A stretch of DNA of 59,495 nt, counting the filler. It is 5 parts of 5 records of this genome, joined end to end, with 100 filler letters (N's around TTAATTAATTAA, not from the genome) between each part and the next. Parts side by side here need not be neighbours in the genome. Positions count along the whole stretch, not along the records: positions 1 to 19,298 come from SRR20825006_936; 4 more parts are not named here. One strand, given 5' to 3'. Each line of letters starts with the position of its first letter. Within the stretch, counting starts at the first letter, position 1. The notes beneath the pieces were generated by a model that saw nothing but the letters and a program-made list of their open reading frames with translations, searched no databases and was not told where the DNA came from. Shown piece after piece: positions 1 through 10,355 of the stretch. The position numbers and the translations under genes are program-made.

Positions 1-68
1 CGGCTCAATAAATCAACAGCCTGCTAAGCAACTGCCTCAGACGGGTACGCCGCGACGGCAGCCGACAT

Positions 69-1835
69 TCAATCGGCTGTATCAGCGGGAACGATTCGAA
101 GGTAATCCAACGCGAACATGTATGCCCTTTTCGCTTTGGGATTGGATCCCAGCATTTGGACATTCAGCGAATGCCCGGTTCCCTCGACCGTGATCTTCGA
201 AAACGACAAAACTCCCGTTGTCACCACGTTTTTGCTATACAGATCGATCGGCGGGCCGAGCGGTTGATCATCGAGTGTCAATTGCACAATGCCATAGTCG
301 CCCGCGCACGTGAGCACCACTTCCACGTCAACGGTGCCGGTGAACTCTGGCAGTGCGAGTGTCAATGTGTCGGCCGGCTTAGCCCCCGTCCACCAAAGCT
401 GCGATTGGTTACTCCACTGGTCCGATTTGAAACGAGACATATCCTGCGGTTTCGTGGAACCGGCGGTCGCTTTGCCCATCAGTGTTTCGCCTTCGATCGC
501 ACCTGGCACCTTTCCTGTCTTTGCGTCAATCGTTGATTTCGGACCACGCAACGCCTGCGCGTCTTTCACCTGCGGCAGCTTCGGACCGTCGTAGATCTTC
601 GGTTGTGCCGTTTGATACTCCGGCTCACTGACTGACTTCACCCGATGTGTCAAAACGTGAGCTCCCAGCATTCCACCGACTACGATGTCGGGAAGTTTGT
701 CGTCGTTGATGTCGACAATTGAAATCTGCCGACCGATCCCGGCTTCGCCATCCGCCTTGTACGGCACCCAGTCCACACCGTCACTGCTGCGAATTAGCTT
801 GAACCAATACACAACCGCACCTGCGTCCCATTGGGGACTTTGGCGGTGATGAGACCAATAAGTCTTTCCGGTAACGATGTCCTTCAACCCATCGCCGTCG
901 ATGTCGGCCAACGCCACGGAATGTAATTCGCTGAATGCGATGCCGTATTTGTTTTCCGATGGATGTTCGCCCATGATCAAATGATGCCTGAACTCAGGCG
1001 AATCTCCGTCGCCCGGAAGTTGTTCATACCACGCCAAGCCGAAATCATGAGCACGATGACTGGTGATGATATCGTTGTCACCATCGCCGTCGACATCGTA
1101 CACATACATCTCAGCACCGCCGTATCCTTCGCTCAAAGAAACCGGGTGATGGAACCATCGCGTCGACAACGCTCCCGTCATCGGTTGCTCGAACCAACCC
1201 TGTGAATGAATCAAGTCTTGACGTCCATCTCCGTTGACGTCTCCAATCCCCAATCCGTGGCCAAACTTCTTCGATGCGGTCTGTTCCGAGATCGGATGAA
1301 AATCCCACGCATCAAAGGGTCGTCCCCAATCAACCGTCGCAAACCCGAAAAAGCCGTCTCGGGTGCAGATCAGCTCGGGTCTTTCATCACCAACGATATC
1401 CAACCATTGGGGTGACTCATTCGAAACCCAGTCGAACACTTGGTGTTTTGGCCAATGTCGATCCAAGCCGCCTTGGCCGGGGTTTTCATAAACGTAGGCG
1501 GGGGTCCCCGGAAATCCCACCACAAAGACATCATTGCGTCCGTCGCCGTTGAAGTCATACAACCAGCTAAAGAAATTGTCCGCATAACGATCCATGTTCT
1601 GTGGAACAGGCTGGTAGATCTCATGTTTCGCTGAAAAGCTTGGTCCTTCAAACCAATACGGACCATAAACAACGTCAGCCATTCCGTCTCCATTGATGTC
1701 TGCCGCATTCGCACCTTCTGAGAAATAGGTGCCGGTCAACTGTTTTCGTTCGAACGAATGAACGGCATGCTCATCGGCCATTGCCATCACAGGCATGGCG
1801 ATGCTGACCAACAAAAAAATTCGAGACACAATCAT
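69..1835 (-). CDS. Secreted FG-GAP/VCBS-repeat protein with a C-terminal CBM-like beta domain
   Basis: Repeated DxxGDGxxD motifs (DINGDGMAD, DFNGDGRND, DVNGDGRQD, DVDGDGDND, DIDGDGLKD). A signal peptide follows the Met at 1835, so that start is preferred over 1871. Confidence 0.85.
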   Translation of the reverse strand: MIVSRIFLLVSIAMPVMAMADEHAVHSFERKQLTGTYFSEGANAADINGDGMADVVYGPYWFEGPSFSAKHEIYQPVPQNMDRYADNFFSWLYDFNGDGRNDVFVVGFPGTPAYVYENPGQGGLDRHWPKHQVFDWVSNESPQWLDIVGDERPELICTRDGFFGFATVDWGRPFDAWDFHPISEQTASKKFGHGLGIGDVNGDGRQDLIHSQGWFEQPMTGALSTRWFHHPVSLSEGYGGAEMYVYDVDGDGDNDIITSHRAHDFGLAWYEQLPGDGDSPEFRHHLIMGEHPSENKYGIAFSELHSVALADIDGDGLKDIVTGKTYWSHHRQSPQWDAGAVVYWFKLIRSSDGVDWVPYKADGEAGIGRQISIVDINDDKLPDIVVGGMLGAHVLTHRVKSVSEPEYQTAQPKIYDGPKLPQVKDAQALRGPKSTIDAKTGKVPGAIEGETLMGKATAGSTKPQDMSRFKSDQWSNQSQLWWTGAKPADTLTLALPEFTGTVDVEVVLTCAGDYGIVQLTLDDQPLGPPIDLYSKNVVTTGVLSFSKITVEGTGHSLNVQMLGSNPKAKRAYMFALDYLRIVPADTAD

Positions 1836-2268
1836 ATTGAAAGACCTTGCCGAGGGAGTTGTCCCGCACATAGACGTTGCGCGACGGAGGGGCGAAGTCC
1901 GGACTCCGAACTCAGGTGAAACGTGAGTCGGTCAAAACGTCGGACATTCGATCGACACATGATCGCATAAAACCAACCTCGCCGCTGAGTTGACACCAAA
2001 GACATTCTGCAATCACACGGTGCAAACGCTTTGCTCAATCGCGTGAAATATGACCTTTCTACATTCATCATGCGTTGAACGATTCAATTCGGTGGGAATC
2101 CGCTTGAACCGCCGATAGATCTTTTCGACGCAGCGGCTTCGCGACTTCGTTATAGTGGACCCAAACAGATTCAGGACGACAGACTCAGAACTAGATTGCT
2201 CCGTCGGAAACCATCGAGTTCCGGCCGGGACCGCCCCGCTGATGCACGCGGCCATGAACACGCACACT

Positions 2269-3663
2269 ATGAATCAAATCCACATGCAAACTCGGCGAAG
2301 CTTCCTTGCCAACGCAGGTGGTGGAATGGGAATGCTGGCTTGTGCTTCACTTGCCCAGGCCGACTCAGGTGCAAACGTTCATCAGCCGCATTTTGCCCCG
2401 CGTGCCAAAAGAGTGATTTGGCTTTTCATGCACGGTGGCCCCAGTCACGTGGATCTGTTTGATCCGAAACCCGCGTTGACGAAGTACAGTGGCCAGCCAT
2501 TGCCGGAAAGCTTTGGCAACGTGATGACGCGTCGCGACGTCAAGAAGAATCCTTTGCTCGCTCCAATCCGTGGCTTTCGACCGCGAGGCCAATCGGGTTT
2601 GGAGATCAGTGATTTCCTCCCACATATGTCTGAGCATGCCGACGATCTTTGTGTGATCCGTTCGATGCACGGCGACAGCGTGAACCATCCGCAGTCCGTT
2701 TATCAAATGAACACGGGCAGCATCCTGATGGGCAATCCCAGTGTCGGCAGTTGGGTCGCTTATGGATTGGGATCCGAAAACCAGAACATGCCAGCGTTTG
2801 TCGTTTTGCCCGATCCAGGCGGAGGACTCAAAGGTGGACCTCCCGCGTGGGGAAACGGCTATCTGCCCGCCTCCTATCAAGGCGTCACCATGCGTCCGGG
2901 CAACTCACCGATCCTTGACTTGCAACCACAACCGGGCGTCACCGAAACACAACAACGACTCGACCTTTCCCTGATTCAAAAGCTGAACCAAAGGCACCTC
3001 CAACAACGCGACTTCGACGATCGATTGAACGCTCGCGTGAAGGCGTACGAATTAGCGTTTCGAATGCAATCCGAAGCACCGGAATTGGTCGATATTCAGC
3101 AGGAGACTCATCAAACGAAACAGATGTACGGCATCGACCGGAAAGAAACTCGCGAATTTGGCGAACGCTGTTTGCTGGCCCGTCGGATGCTTGAAAGCGG
3201 TGTGCGTTTTGTCCAGTTGTATTCCGGCGACACCAATGGCTGGGATGCCCATGCAAACGTTGAAAAAAACCACACCGAGTATTGCCTTCGAACTGACAAA
3301 CCGATCGCTGGATTGCTGCAAGATCTCAAGCAGCGTGGGCTGATGGAAGACACATTGGTGATCTGGGGTGGTGAATTCGGACGAATGCCCATGAGCGAAC
3401 AGGGAAAGGGTCGCGACCACAACCCTTGGGGATACAGCGTCTGGCTCGCTGGTGCCGGAATTCACGGTGGTCGTGCGTTTGGTGCAACCGACGAAATCGG
3501 ACTGCGAGCAGTGACAGACAAAGTCTCAGTCAACAATTTCCACGCGACGCTGCTGCATTTGTTGGGAATGGATCACTACGACCTAACGTACTTTCACAAC
3601 GGTCTGGACAAGCGGTTGACCGGTCCCGATGAAGCGGAAGCGGTCGAAGGGATCCTTGGTTGA
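2269..3663 (+). CDS. DUF1501 family (sulfatase-like) Tat-exported protein
   Basis: TRRSFL Tat motif, AKRVIWLFMHGGPSHVDLFDPKP, WGGEFGRMP, GRDHNP. Start is 2269 or 2284. Confidence 0.9.
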   Translation: MNQIHMQTRRSFLANAGGGMGMLACASLAQADSGANVHQPHFAPRAKRVIWLFMHGGPSHVDLFDPKPALTKYSGQPLPESFGNVMTRRDVKKNPLLAPIRGFRPRGQSGLEISDFLPHMSEHADDLCVIRSMHGDSVNHPQSVYQMNTGSILMGNPSVGSWVAYGLGSENQNMPAFVVLPDPGGGLKGGPPAWGNGYLPASYQGVTMRPGNSPILDLQPQPGVTETQQRLDLSLIQKLNQRHLQQRDFDDRLNARVKAYELAFRMQSEAPELVDIQQETHQTKQMYGIDRKETREFGERCLLARRMLESGVRFVQLYSGDTNGWDAHANVEKNHTEYCLRTDKPIAGLLQDLKQRGLMEDTLVIWGGEFGRMPMSEQGKGRDHNPWGYSVWLAGAGIHGGRAFGATDEIGLRAVTDKVSVNNFHATLLHLLGMDHYDLTYFHNGLDKRLTGPDEAEAVEGILG

Positions 3664-5597
3664 TGCGTATTCTCCAACGAAAATCGTTTCCGATCACAAA
3701 CGTGGATTGTCTGTATGCGTTGATCGTGTTGTGTGCCTTTGCAATCAGCACATCGATCTTCGCACATGGCGTCATGGCCGATGACGGTGCAGCTGACTAC
3801 GTCGAGTTGCCCATCGACGAATACGACCGCGATCACTGGGCGTTCCTGCCAATCGAACAAGTCGAGGTGCCGCCAACTCTCGACTCAGTCTGGCTCCGAA
3901 ATCCAATCGATAGTTTTGTCCAATTCGAACTGAATCAACGTGGGTTGCATCCACAACCTCAAGCTTCACGGCGAACACTACTCCGGCGACTGAGCTTCGA
4001 CCTGACCGGATTGCCACCGACGCCAGAACAGATCGCCGAGTTCGAAGCGGACAATCGAACCGATGCGTATGAGCGGCTTGTTAATCGCTTACTCGATTCA
4101 CCTCAATATGGCGAACGGTGGGCACAGCACTGGCTCGATTTGGCACGTTTTGCAGAGACGGACGGGTTCGAACATGACAAGCTTCGTCCTAATGCGTGGA
4201 AGTATCGGGATTGGGTGATCAACGCCCTCAACGCTGACATGCCCTATGACCAATTCATCCGGCATCAAATTGCTGGAGACGAAACAAGCCCGAATGACGA
4301 GTCCGCTTCAACAGCAACGCGGTTTTGCCTGTCAGGACCGGACATGCCGGACATCAATCTGATTGACGAACGTCGGCACACTGTGTTGAACGAATTGACG
4401 TCGACCATCGGCGAGGTATTCCTCGGCTTGCAAGTTGGCTGTGCGCAGTGCCACGACCACAAGTACGACCCGATCAGCCAAGCGGACTTCTACCGACTGC
4501 GAGCCATCTTTGAACCATCTGTCCCTCTTAAAAAGAACCGCTCACTTTCAACGCTGCGCGAATCGTTCCCATCCACACACTCCAGTCATCTGATGCTGCG
4601 TGGGGATTTCCGCAGTCCAGGTCCTGAACTGAACCCCGGTGCCATCCGAGTCGTTTCGTCGAAAACGCTTGCTTACTCGCCAACACCAACAAATCATTCT
4701 GCCGGCCTTCGCACGGCCTTGGCTGATTGGTTGGTCGCGACTGAAAACCCGTTGACTGCGAGAGTCATCGTTAATCGCGTCTGGCAACATCATTTCGGTG
4801 CTGGACTATCCAGTACGCCCAGCGATTTCGGTGTGATGGGTTCCGAGCCCAGCCATCCCGAACTGCTGGACTGGCTCGCGTCGTCGTTCATGAAGCGAGA
4901 ATGGAGCCTCAAGTCGCTGCATCGAATGATTGTGACGTCGGCCACCTATCGTCAACGAAGCCGACTCACGGAAGATGCAACCGACACAGAAAAAAATATT
5001 TGGGCGGAGGCACAGAAAGCAGATCCAAATGCCCAACTGCTTTCCCGCTACCCGCGTTGGCGTCTCGAAGGCGAAGCGATTCGTGACGCGATGCTGGTTG
5101 CCTCGGGACAGATCAGTTGGAAGCCCAGTGGTCCAGGTGTTCGTCCGCCACTTCCTAAAGAATTGGTCGGAACACTGCTCGTCAACCAATGGAACGTCAC
5201 GGAAGATCGCTCTGAGCATACTCGTCGCAGCATCTACGTCTTTGCTCGGCGAAACTTGCGATACCCAATCTTCGAAGTCTTCGATCGCCCGAGTGCAAAC
5301 ACCAGTTGTTCCCGACGAGACATCTCGACAACATCACCACAATCGCTGCATCTTTTGAATTCGCAGTTCTCGCTGAGTCTTTCACGATCAATGGCCACGT
5401 CGGTCGTCAACGACTATTCGACCGATGCGGAACGCATTGATGCAATCTTCCTTCGCTCATTCAGCCGGCTTCCGGCACCTGAAGAACGGATCGAAGTACA
5501 AGACTTCCTAAGTTCAAGCACATCGACCGACACGCAGAAACTGGCTCATTTGTGTTTGGCTCTTTTTAACAGCAACGAATTCCTCACCATCGACTGA
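3660..5597 (+). CDS. DUF1549/DUF1553 (PSCyt2/PSD1) planctomycete protein
   Basis: HWAF..NPIDSF, YGERWAQHWLDLARFAET, CAQCHDHKYDP, NRVWQHHFG, PSHPELLDWLA, NSNEFL; overlaps the DUF1501 stop. Confidence 0.92.
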   Translation: MMRILQRKSFPITNVDCLYALIVLCAFAISTSIFAHGVMADDGAADYVELPIDEYDRDHWAFLPIEQVEVPPTLDSVWLRNPIDSFVQFELNQRGLHPQPQASRRTLLRRLSFDLTGLPPTPEQIAEFEADNRTDAYERLVNRLLDSPQYGERWAQHWLDLARFAETDGFEHDKLRPNAWKYRDWVINALNADMPYDQFIRHQIAGDETSPNDESASTATRFCLSGPDMPDINLIDERRHTVLNELTSTIGEVFLGLQVGCAQCHDHKYDPISQADFYRLRAIFEPSVPLKKNRSLSTLRESFPSTHSSHLMLRGDFRSPGPELNPGAIRVVSSKTLAYSPTPTNHSAGLRTALADWLVATENPLTARVIVNRVWQHHFGAGLSSTPSDFGVMGSEPSHPELLDWLASSFMKREWSLKSLHRMIVTSATYRQRSRLTEDATDTEKNIWAEAQKADPNAQLLSRYPRWRLEGEAIRDAMLVASGQISWKPSGPGVRPPLPKELVGTLLVNQWNVTEDRSEHTRRSIYVFARRNLRYPIFEVFDRPSANTSCSRRDISTTSPQSLHLLNSQFSLSLSRSMATSVVNDYSTDAERIDAIFLRSFSRLPAPEERIEVQDFLSSSTSTDTQKLAHLCLALFNSNEFLTID

Positions 5598-5853
5598 TCG
5601 CGTTGCAGCGATTACGACGTTCGCAACCGATTCACTCAGATGGGACTAGCAATGTGTCTGCCGTCGCATTGGCCATCGAAGCGAAGAATCAGTCAGAGCT
5701 TCGATTTCTTTTGGCTGGATAATCAGTCGAAATTGGGACGGCAACGAGGCCTGGAATTTCTTCGGAAATCGCGTCGATTTTCGCGAAGCGATCGCGAACT
5801 CCCGGGCTCAGGGTTAGGAGCACCCCGCCCAAACCAACGCCGGAAGACAAATC

Positions 5854-6561
5854 ATGAACGATCAATCCTCCCCCCAGCCAATCCCACTTTGGATCAAGCT
5901 CGCGTTCACCGCTTTCGTTGCGGTTCTCACACCGTACTACTGGCGAGAGTATGGCCCGACCAACTTTCTGTATTTTTGTGATGTCGCATTGTTTCTGGCT
6001 GTCGCCGCGGTGTGGACACAGCGTCCAATCTTTGCATCGATGGCAGCAGTAGGCATCACCATTCCGCAGTTACTTTGGCAAGTCGACTTTGTTGGGCAAT
6101 TGTTTGGCGTGCCCGCGACGGGCATGACCGACTACATGTTTGACCCGGGTATCTCACTCTTCGCTCGCGGCCTGTCGTTCTTTCACTTTTGGTTGCCGAT
6201 CCTGTTGCTCTATCTCGTGTGGCGTCTCGGTTACGACCGCCGAGCATTGGTCGCATGGACCGGTACCGCATGGCTATTGCTGTTGATCTGCTATTTCTTA
6301 ATGCCACCAGCCGGTGCCACCTTGGACTTCCCAAACCAGCCCCACAACATCAACTACGTCTATGGAATGGATGACACGCAGCCGCAGCAATGGATGCCCC
6401 CGCAAGCTTGGCTCGGCATGCTGTTTATTGGACTACCCGCACTGCTTTACTATCCAACTCACCTGGCGTTGAAAACCTTTCTTCCAAACCACTTGCCAAG
6501 TAAGTCCCGGAAACCAACCGTAGCCCCCAGTCCAAACGCTGCTTTGTCCAACGCATCTTGA
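5854..6561 (+). CDS. Integral membrane protein of unknown function
   Basis: About 6 hydrophobic segments; NFLYFCDVAL, LSFFHFWLP and NINYVYG motifs. Confidence 0.75.
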   Translation: MNDQSSPQPIPLWIKLAFTAFVAVLTPYYWREYGPTNFLYFCDVALFLAVAAVWTQRPIFASMAAVGITIPQLLWQVDFVGQLFGVPATGMTDYMFDPGISLFARGLSFFHFWLPILLLYLVWRLGYDRRALVAWTGTAWLLLLICYFLMPPAGATLDFPNQPHNINYVYGMDDTQPQQWMPPQAWLGMLFIGLPALLYYPTHLALKTFLPNHLPSKSRKPTVAPSPNAALSNAS

Positions 6562-6629
6562 CCGAGCATGGCCAAGAAACATTGGCAAACGTGCCTCCGC
6601 CATTGTTCACCGATCGAGACCTCACGACA

Positions 6630-7262
6630 TCAACGTTTCGGTTTTGGAACTTCCGAGAACAGATCACCAGTCGCGCAAACGTGCTTTGCAAGATCGATGA
6701 GTTTCTGACGATTTCGGGTGGCCGTGCTCTGTAGAAGCCGATGAGCATCGGATTCGCCCAGATCACGAACCTGCATCACGATCCCCTTTGCTCGTTCGAT
6801 GATACGTCGGTGCTCTAGCTTTTCTTCAAGCTCGGTGACCTGGCGACGCAAGTCCTCGAAGTGTTTGAATCGTCGCTCAGCGAGGAAGATGGCCGGCTGC
6901 AAACTCTCCGTCGTCAGCGGTTCAACCAGGTATGCCATCACATGGTCTTCCAATGCTCGTTCGACTTTGTCGAGGTCATCGCTGCGTGCAACGATGATCG
7001 CGGGAACCGGGCGTCTCTCACCAATTCGAATCAAAGCTTCAATGCCGTCCATATCGGATAACCGAGGCGCAGCGACGATGATATCCGGTGGACGGTGTAC
7101 CGAGTGCTCGATCAGACACTTGCCCGATTCTGTGACGACAGGGACTGTATGCCCGAGCGCTTCCAACATCGTCGAGATGACACGACGCGCACATTCGTCA
7201 CCGTGAGCTAAGTAGATCGTTCTCGATCGGCCGATGTCATCATTCATGCGAAGCTTCTTCAC
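6630..7262 (-). CDS. ANTAR-domain regulator with a pseudo-receiver domain (NasT/AmiR/PdtaR-like)
   Basis: C-terminal RRIIERAKGIVM...ESDAHRLLQ ANTAR motif. The receiver lacks the acceptor Asp (PDIIVAAPRL). Confidence 0.9.
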   Translation of the reverse strand: MKKLRMNDDIGRSRTIYLAHGDECARRVISTMLEALGHTVPVVTESGKCLIEHSVHRPPDIIVAAPRLSDMDGIEALIRIGERRPVPAIIVARSDDLDKVERALEDHVMAYLVEPLTTESLQPAIFLAERRFKHFEDLRRQVTELEEKLEHRRIIERAKGIVMQVRDLGESDAHRLLQSTATRNRQKLIDLAKHVCATGDLFSEVPKPKR

Positions 7263-7740
7263 TTTCGTCGTCGATGTTTTCGAGTGTTTCCTTTAGTTCA
7301 TCAATCCGTTGCTTCATCAGCTTTGATTGATCAAACCGGCGTCGAGCCAGGTAGATCGCGGTGCGAAGATCACGGTCGTTCACGGGTTGAACCAGGACTC
7401 CCATGACTTGGTCCGCCATCAGCCGATGAGAGCGATCGATGTCCTGATGCTCCAAAACCGCAACTGCTGGGCAGACATTCAGCTCACTCAGCTCATTCAA
7501 CAATTTGAAACAATCGTCACTCTCAAAACGCGTTCCAACCACCGCGATGTCGGGAGGATTTTCTTGGCATCGCCGGATCATGACTGCTGGTGACGACGTC
7601 GACAGTTCAATCCGATGCGTGAGCAATTCCAAGTTGGCCTGCAGCACCTTTCGCTGACCGTCGTCGCCGCTCGCCAAATAGATTTTCAAGTTGCTGTCTT
7701 TCATTCTCAAAACGGATCCGCCGGCGGCAGTCTGTGGCAC
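7240..7740 (-). CDS. Pseudo-receiver plus coiled-coil paralog of the adjacent gene, lacking the ANTAR domain
   Basis: Aligns by eye with 6630-7262 (IYLA, PPDI, DQVMGVLVQP vs DHVMAYLVEP, AIYLARRRF vs AIFLAERRF). Start is 7740 (GTG) or 7704. Confidence 0.8.
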   Translation of the reverse strand: MPQTAAGGSVLRMKDSNLKIYLASGDDGQRKVLQANLELLTHRIELSTSSPAVMIRRCQENPPDIAVVGTRFESDDCFKLLNELSELNVCPAVAVLEHQDIDRSHRLMADQVMGVLVQPVNDRDLRTAIYLARRRFDQSKLMKQRIDELKETLENIDDESEEASHE

Positions 7741-7760
7741 ACGTCACCTTGCCTCCAAAA

Positions 7761-7776
7761 CGCAAGTATCGTGCCG
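7761..7776 (-). promoter_or_regulatory. sigma54 (-24/-12) promoter
   Basis: Minus strand reads CGGCACGATACTTGCG, matching YTGGCACG-N4-TTGCW with GG-N10-GC spacing, just upstream of the pseudo-receiver pair. Confidence 0.7.
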
Positions 7777-8176
7777 CCTTCGCTGAGATTGCAGATACAT
7801 CATCGTTATCCCCAACATCGGTTTGGCTCGAAGCGGTTACGACTCAGAAATGGGAGCAGCAATTCGGCCGACCAAGAAATCGTTCCACAATTGGTCGTCT
7901 GCCATTTCTACGCGAGACCGTCCATTGCTCCATTAGAAAACCCGCGTTCGATTTCTTGTCGCAAGTTGCTCGCTGATGGTACGACCTGCTCGCTTTCGTG
8001 CCGAAACTGAGCCGATCGGCTTCCTTTGCAATAGCATCAAGTCAGAAGACGTAGCAGTTTCCGCAGCGCTTCTCGCATTGCATTCCGTGTCCGATCACTC
8101 GACACTGTGAATAGCACCGGACGATTCAGATCTCTCAGCTTTCTGTAACCGAACGCTGTTTCGAGCGGCCCAAAGT

Positions 8177-10270
8177 TTGCTCCTCTCGCTACATTATCCC
8201 TTCGCACCGACGCCGTGGCACTGGCATCTTTCCTCTCGATGCATCGACAGTCCAAGACGGATCCCCTTCTTTCGATTTAGTTCCTCCAGAGCGACCTACC
8301 GGACCAGATCCTTGAGACGTCAGAGCACGACAGAAGAGCGTTTGCGACTTGCCGTGTCGGTGGCTGAATTCGGGATCATCGAGATCGACTACCTGAGTGG
8401 TGTAGCAGTTGCGGACGAGAAAGCCGCCGTGCTGTTTGGTTTGCCAGCCAACCAGGAAGTCACCCGAGAGGAAGTACATCGCCGTTTTCATCCTGACGAT
8501 GTCTTCGACATTGAATGCAAGGTGAAACAATCCCTCGAACCCGATGGCACCGGCGAATTCGCCACTCAACACCGAGTGGTTCATCCCAAGGGCGAAGTTC
8601 GGTGGATGAGTGTTCGCAAACGAATTTTCTTTGACGAGGTCGATGGAAAACGCGTGCCCGTTTCTGGCATGGTCGCCGCGATTGATATCACCGAACAGAA
8701 AGAAACAGAACACAACATTCGCACTGGCGAGACACGTCTGAAGCTCGCCGCTGAGGTGACCGGCTTTGGCACTTACGATTTGGACATCCGTAGTTCGGAC
8801 TGCGTTTGGTCTGACGAAATCTATCGTATCTTTGGCATTGAAATCGGAGAAACATTCACGCGAACCGCGATGTTCGATCGAGTGCACCCGGAAGATCGTG
8901 CTCGATACCGCCAACTATTTCTGTCGTTGTCTGGCAAAGATGCCAAGCACAGCTTCAAGTTGGAACACCGGATCGTGCGTCCCGATGGCGAAGTTCGCTG
9001 GATCATCAATTCAGGGCTGCTTTTGTTCGATGAGCGGCACCCGGGTTCCATCCCCGAACGAGTGATCGGAACGATGCAAGACATCACCGATCGTAAACTC
9101 TTTGAACAATCGCTGCAGGACGCTCGAGATTCGGCCGAAGCAGCGAATCGATCTCGCGGCGAGTTTTTAGCGAACATGTCGCATGAAATTCGCACACCGA
9201 TGGCCGCCATCCTGGGGCATGCGGATATTCTTCGCGACCACCTACGGGATCCGGACAATTTGCAAGTCGTTGATACCATCCGTCGCAACGGCAATTTCTT
9301 GCTGGGTATCATCAACGACATTTTGGATTTGTCCAAAATCGACGCGGGCAAACTTGAAGTGGCCAAACAACCAGTTCGGCCAGATGCGATCGTGGCAGAA
9401 GTGCGATCGCTGATGGACGTGCGTGCGGCGGAAAAGAAGCTGCCACTTCAGATCGAGTTTGACGGTCCGGTTCCCGCGGTCATTCACACCGATGCGATCC
9501 GGATTCGACAGATCTTGGTGAACTTGGTCGGCAACGCAATCAAATTCACCGATGAGGGCGTCGTACGACTAACTGTTCGATTCGACGAAGCCAACAGCTG
9601 CCTTCAATTTCATGTGATTGACACCGGTATCGGAATCCAATCCGACGAAATCGACAAACTGTTTGATCCTTTCGTGCAAGTCGACAACACCTCGACGCGA
9701 TCGTTCGGCGGCACAGGGTTGGGGCTCGCCATCTGTCACCGACTCGCTCACGCGTTGAACGGGCAAGTCGATGTTGAAAGCCAGTATGGAGTTGGAAGCC
9801 GGTTCACTTTGTCGGTCAAAGTCGACCCTGATGTTCAGCTAGTCAATCCGAACTTGGCCCTCTCGATCTCGGCCGATGTTCCTCACGGGGAAATCCACCT
9901 TGACGCAAAAGTGTTGGTGGTTGATGACCGACGAGACATCCGATACTTAGCCCAGCACTTCATTGAACGTGCCGGCGGTGAAGTGGTCACGGCCACCAAC
10001 GGAAAGGAAGCGGTCGAGTTCATGGAAACCGGTGACGCCGACGACGTTGACTTGATCGTGATGGACATGCAGATGCCTATCATGGATGGCTATGACGCGA
10101 CGAGCGAATTGCGAAAACGCGGCTTCGAGCTTCCCATCATCGCATTGACGGCGAATGCCATGAACAGCGATCGCGACGTGTGCCTCAGCGTTGGATGCAC
10201 GGACTACACCACCAAACCGCTCGATAGCAAACTGCTGATACGGATGATCGACCGTTTGCTGACGGCATAG
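8177..10270 (+). CDS. Hybrid sensor histidine kinase (PAS-PAS-HisKA-HATPase-REC)
   Basis: FHPDD/VHPED PAS motifs, FLANMSHEIRTP, NLVGNAIKFT, GGTGLGLAI, MDMQMPIMDG. The true start is probably later (TTG near 8312). Confidence 0.92.
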   Translation: MLLSLHYPFAPTPWHWHLSSRCIDSPRRIPFFRFSSSRATYRTRSLRRQSTTEERLRLAVSVAEFGIIEIDYLSGVAVADEKAAVLFGLPANQEVTREEVHRRFHPDDVFDIECKVKQSLEPDGTGEFATQHRVVHPKGEVRWMSVRKRIFFDEVDGKRVPVSGMVAAIDITEQKETEHNIRTGETRLKLAAEVTGFGTYDLDIRSSDCVWSDEIYRIFGIEIGETFTRTAMFDRVHPEDRARYRQLFLSLSGKDAKHSFKLEHRIVRPDGEVRWIINSGLLLFDERHPGSIPERVIGTMQDITDRKLFEQSLQDARDSAEAANRSRGEFLANMSHEIRTPMAAILGHADILRDHLRDPDNLQVVDTIRRNGNFLLGIINDILDLSKIDAGKLEVAKQPVRPDAIVAEVRSLMDVRAAEKKLPLQIEFDGPVPAVIHTDAIRIRQILVNLVGNAIKFTDEGVVRLTVRFDEANSCLQFHVIDTGIGIQSDEIDKLFDPFVQVDNTSTRSFGGTGLGLAICHRLAHALNGQVDVESQYGVGSRFTLSVKVDPDVQLVNPNLALSISADVPHGEIHLDAKVLVVDDRRDIRYLAQHFIERAGGEVVTATNGKEAVEFMETGDADDVDLIVMDMQMPIMDGYDATSELRKRGFELPIIALTANAMNSDRDVCLSVGCTDYTTKPLDSKLLIRMIDRLLTA

Positions 10271-10355
10271 TGTTCGGCTCACATCCTGACGCACCAATCG
10301 CCAGCGATTCCGGATTGCAGTGATACCAGCCCGCAGTACAGGCTACATCAGCATC

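Noticed and set aside
6570-6610. Possible ANTAR target hairpin GGCAAACGTGCC / ACAATGGCG
   Set aside because: The loop lacks the A1/G4 pattern or a closing stem, there is no tandem hairpin, and it lies between convergent 3' ends.
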